Below are positions 60,875-64,000 of a stretch of 64,000 nt of DNA, in pieces. The position numbers and the translations under genes are program-made. This DNA comes from Amoebidium appalachense (lineage: Eukaryota; Protista; Ichthyosporea): NCBI GenBank assembly GCA_963693365.1, contig CAVNZM010000005.1, positions 10,315,728 through 10,379,727 of the forward strand. The letters run 5' to 3'. Each line of letters opens with the position of its first letter. Position 1 is the first letter of the stretch. The notes beneath the pieces are model-generated. The model ran no database searches. It was given only the letters and a program-made list of their open reading frames with translations, and was not told the DNA's origin.

Positions 60875-61119
60875 ATGTTTCCACACACGTGCAAGCATGC
60901 TCGTGTGTGTCCTGTCTGTGTGTATATCGAGCATCTATGTAGATACAGCAGCGGCAACACCTACGAATATATCTGCACGCTCTAGAACGTGCGCAGATAG
61001 TTTGTATTTCTCTTGCTGGTGTGTATATGCTCGAAGGAGAGTTTTATAGGTGAGTGTGTTTTCTGTATCGTTCATCATACAAAGTCCCTTTCGGAACAGC
61101 CTCATGCTGAATGCATTTT

Positions 61120-61605
61120 CTAATGCTGTGTGCAATCCCCACATGGCTTCCCTCTGCCTCTGTCCTGTGCCGCCAACACCCAGTCGATCCACGAAGAACT
61201 TTGACCACAGAGCGGACACGCACACCCCGTTGAACATTCAATCACTTGCACTTGCACGGTCACAACGGTAGTTTTAGCTGATTTCTTGAACGTGTTACGC
61301 ACATGTGTATACTCTCCAGCCGTACAATCACACCCATGTTCTTGTTTCCGACTTCCTTTTCCCCCCTCTTCCCTCATCTCTTCCCTCATCGCATCCAACT
61401 TCCACGTCCCTGCTCTCAAGTCCCTTTCCTCATCTGCCCCTGGAACTTCCGTAACGACCACATTTTCAGCAAAACGAAGCACCTTGTTTGATGGACTTCT
61501 GGTAATTTCAGACGCGGGACAGTCACCAAGATTCATTCTCAAAGGAAAACTCGGGTCAGGAAAGCTGGCTGCAAGCATAACCAGCGCTGAACCATTAGGT
61601 GGCAT
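61120..61605 (-). CDS. Candidate PP1 regulatory protein with a GADD34/DP71L-like motif (gene ends uncertain)
   Basis: KVLRFAENVVVTEVPGADEERDLRAGTWKLDAMR: RVxF-like motif, hydrophobic pair, then RxGxW. Confidence 0.5.
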   Translation of the reverse strand: MPPNGSALVMLAASFPDPSFPLRMNLGDCPASEITRSPSNKVLRFAENVVVTEVPGADEERDLRAGTWKLDAMREEMREEGGKGSRKQEHGCDCTAGEYTHVRNTFKKSAKTTVVTVQVQVIECSTGCACPLCGQSSSWIDWVLAAQDRGRGKPCGDCTQH

Positions 61606-64000
61606 GTTTTGACTCGAGCCCTAGAAGAAGGGTCTTTTTGCCGCCTGCTGAAAACTAGTTTTTGGCCCCTCGTTCGGCGAGTTGTGCAGCCCTTATTCCT
61701 TCTGCCCGCGCTATAGGAAAAGAAATTCCAGCTATCAATATCAGTTGGATATAGAACAACAAAAAAGTAGGAATATATCAGAAATAGAGTCAAAAAGTGA
61801 GGTGAGCTTGTCACCTGTGACCAACGGGATAAACCGTGTTCGAAGTTTGTGTGCTTGTGTGTCTATGCAGGGCACACTGCAACGTAAAACTGTGATGCTC
61901 AGTCTGTGGGAAAAGAAGGCACTTCCTCAAATTGTAAGTAGATACAAACACCATTATGCGTAGTTTTTGTTATACCCTTTAAATATGCTATTATGTTATC
62001 CAAATTCTGGATCGGATGTTAAAGTAGTTCTTTTACTTTTGAAAAGCGGATGAAGTAATGAGCATGACTCAGTGTGTGGACAGATGGATTCAACCTCGTT
62101 GTTTTGGGTCCAGCATAAGGGCTGTAAAATGGAATATATAAACACCGGAATAAATGAATAATGTAAGCTTTTCTGTAGAAGTAAAATAGAAAAAAGAAAA
62201 TAAAAAACTGTTTTATTGGCTTTTGAGGAGGAACATTTGTAGCCATGTAGAATGAGCAGCAATAAGCGGTGATCTAAACATTTTCCGCATTTAGCTATAC
62301 AATCAACGCCATGATTGGCGATCGACTGCCAGTGGATACCGATGCTCTGAGATCTCATTGTGGAATGTCCCAGTTGCTGTCCTATTGATATTGTAACAGA
62401 CCAATAGTTTTTTTTAATATATTATGCACTGCCCTCTAAATTAACAACAAAACAATTAACTTTTAGTGCTATGTTTTTTAATACTAGATCACAGCTTTGT
62501 AACAGGCTCCAAGAGCCACATGTTGGCGAATCACGTTAGTTCATTACGTGTTCCGAAAAGGCTTCTTTGTTCCGCCCCGAGTTCCGCCAGCACCCTCGAG
62601 GCTCACAAGGCCCAAACAAACACTGGCACGTACTGACGGTGCCTGGGCTGCTATGAACTTGCCGTTCGCCTCACACCCATCTATTTTTCCTTACACTCTC
62701 ACGACCGCGTGCATGCTTTCTCTCGCGGCGGGCTCTACGGTCCCGAGAGTCCAGTGTTCGCTGTGTGTGTAAGGAAATATACGAGTCACCTCAAGAGGTG
62801 ACAGAAACAAACAACACAAACACAGACATCGAAAGAGAAGAGTATGAATATTCTTACTTTTTTTATTGTTATATAATAACTTTTTTTTTTTGGCGCGCAA
62901 AAACTTTATTGCTTTTTATAACGTAAATAAACTCTACCAAGCACACGTCAGCATGCGTCAACCTATGCATTTCGACATTCAATTAATTTGGGCTTATCTT
63001 GTGTCGACCCTTAACTTCAGTGAAGAGAATGGCTTCTTTCATGATCGAGCACGCATGCCGGTGGGCCTAAGGCTCTTCGTACACACAAAAAATCTGTGAA
63101 AACACACAAGCGCATGAATAATCAGTACCAGCACAACATGTACAGTGCACGTGTGTGACCGCACACACGTGCATGCACATGCACAAAAGCTTTGCAAATT
63201 TGGCAACAGTGCCTCAGAATGTTGGCCCAGGGGCTCATAGATTAGGGGTGGGTGCTGGGAGGGGAGGGGGGGGGGGGGGGGGGTCCGGACATCTCGGAAC
63301 ACTAACATGCATGAAATGCACCACACAGTGGCACAAAGGGACGTGATTGCAAGACGTGAAAAGTGCAGGCTTCAAGTAATTTTATTGTTCGAAATATGCA
63401 TTGATAAAAAGGCTATGTCGCATACCGAGAATATATTTATGAAGCTTGGAGAGTATCCACTTTCTCTTCACAAACTGAATCTAATGGAAAACACAGCCAG
63501 GCCACGATTCTGTACATGTGGGCTATGATCCTGCATGCAATTGCAAGCGGAGGCCACAGCCGCATCTTTGTGTCAATGTACTGAGGTAGCTCATACTGCT
63601 ACAGTAAACCCCACATCAACATCTGAAATCAGGCCACACCTGTAACAGAGGCCTCTTAAGAGAAAATCGCAGTAACCGTAACACGCGTAAGTTAAACCTA
63701 GACCCTTCAATATCACTAATAAAACCTATTGTCATTGCTCCCTAGTGGATGGAAAACGTATTGTCATGGATCTATACTAATTATTTGATTTATCATAACC
63801 ATGTAAATCAAGCAAAAGACGGAAGGCCTCGAGAGCAGAAGTAGCAAGCAGGTGCAACTACCTACAGTCGTTTCCCACATAATTTTTACTAGCACCTGCC
63901 CACCCCCCTCCCCGCACCCCCCACCCCCAGACACACACACACACACACACACACATATATCAATGCACGGAAACAAGAGAATATAAACATCTAAATTAGC

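Noticed and set aside
62480-63976. Terminal exons of a minus-strand gene
   Set aside because: Only short frames with no recognisable motif; not supportable.

Overview
Eukaryotic (probably unicellular or early-branching opisthokont-like; not determinable from sequence alone) genomic DNA in two sharply different parts. (1) About 1-18.4 kb is a compact, intronless, virus- or mobile-element-like island that is open at the left edge. It encodes a Fic/Doc protein, a patatin phospholipase, a PD-(D/E)xK-like nuclease fused to a winged-helix domain, a C2H2 protein, a primase-less D5/SF3 helicase carrying the same winged-helix domain, a duplicated-domain MYND protein and several coiled-coil ORFans. It also contains three iteron/inverted-repeat modules of similar architecture but different hexamers (TAGACA, TGAGTA, TGGCCA), covarying intergenic hairpins, inverted blocks of a 92-bp palindromic repeat and a TTAGGG-containing 22-bp satellite. 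No integrase, capsid or DNA polymerase is visible. (2) About 18.6-64 kb is host DNA with microsatellite- and homopolymer-stuffed introns. It holds a secreted ORFan, a 6-exon S1 serine protease, a 17-exon epimerase-like/glycosyltransferase-like fusion, DNAJC8, a UCH37/BAP1-family deubiquitinase with a very long charged tail, a candidate GADD34/DP71L-like PP1 regulator and a structured dispersed intronic repeat family. All calls are by eye; no database searches were run.
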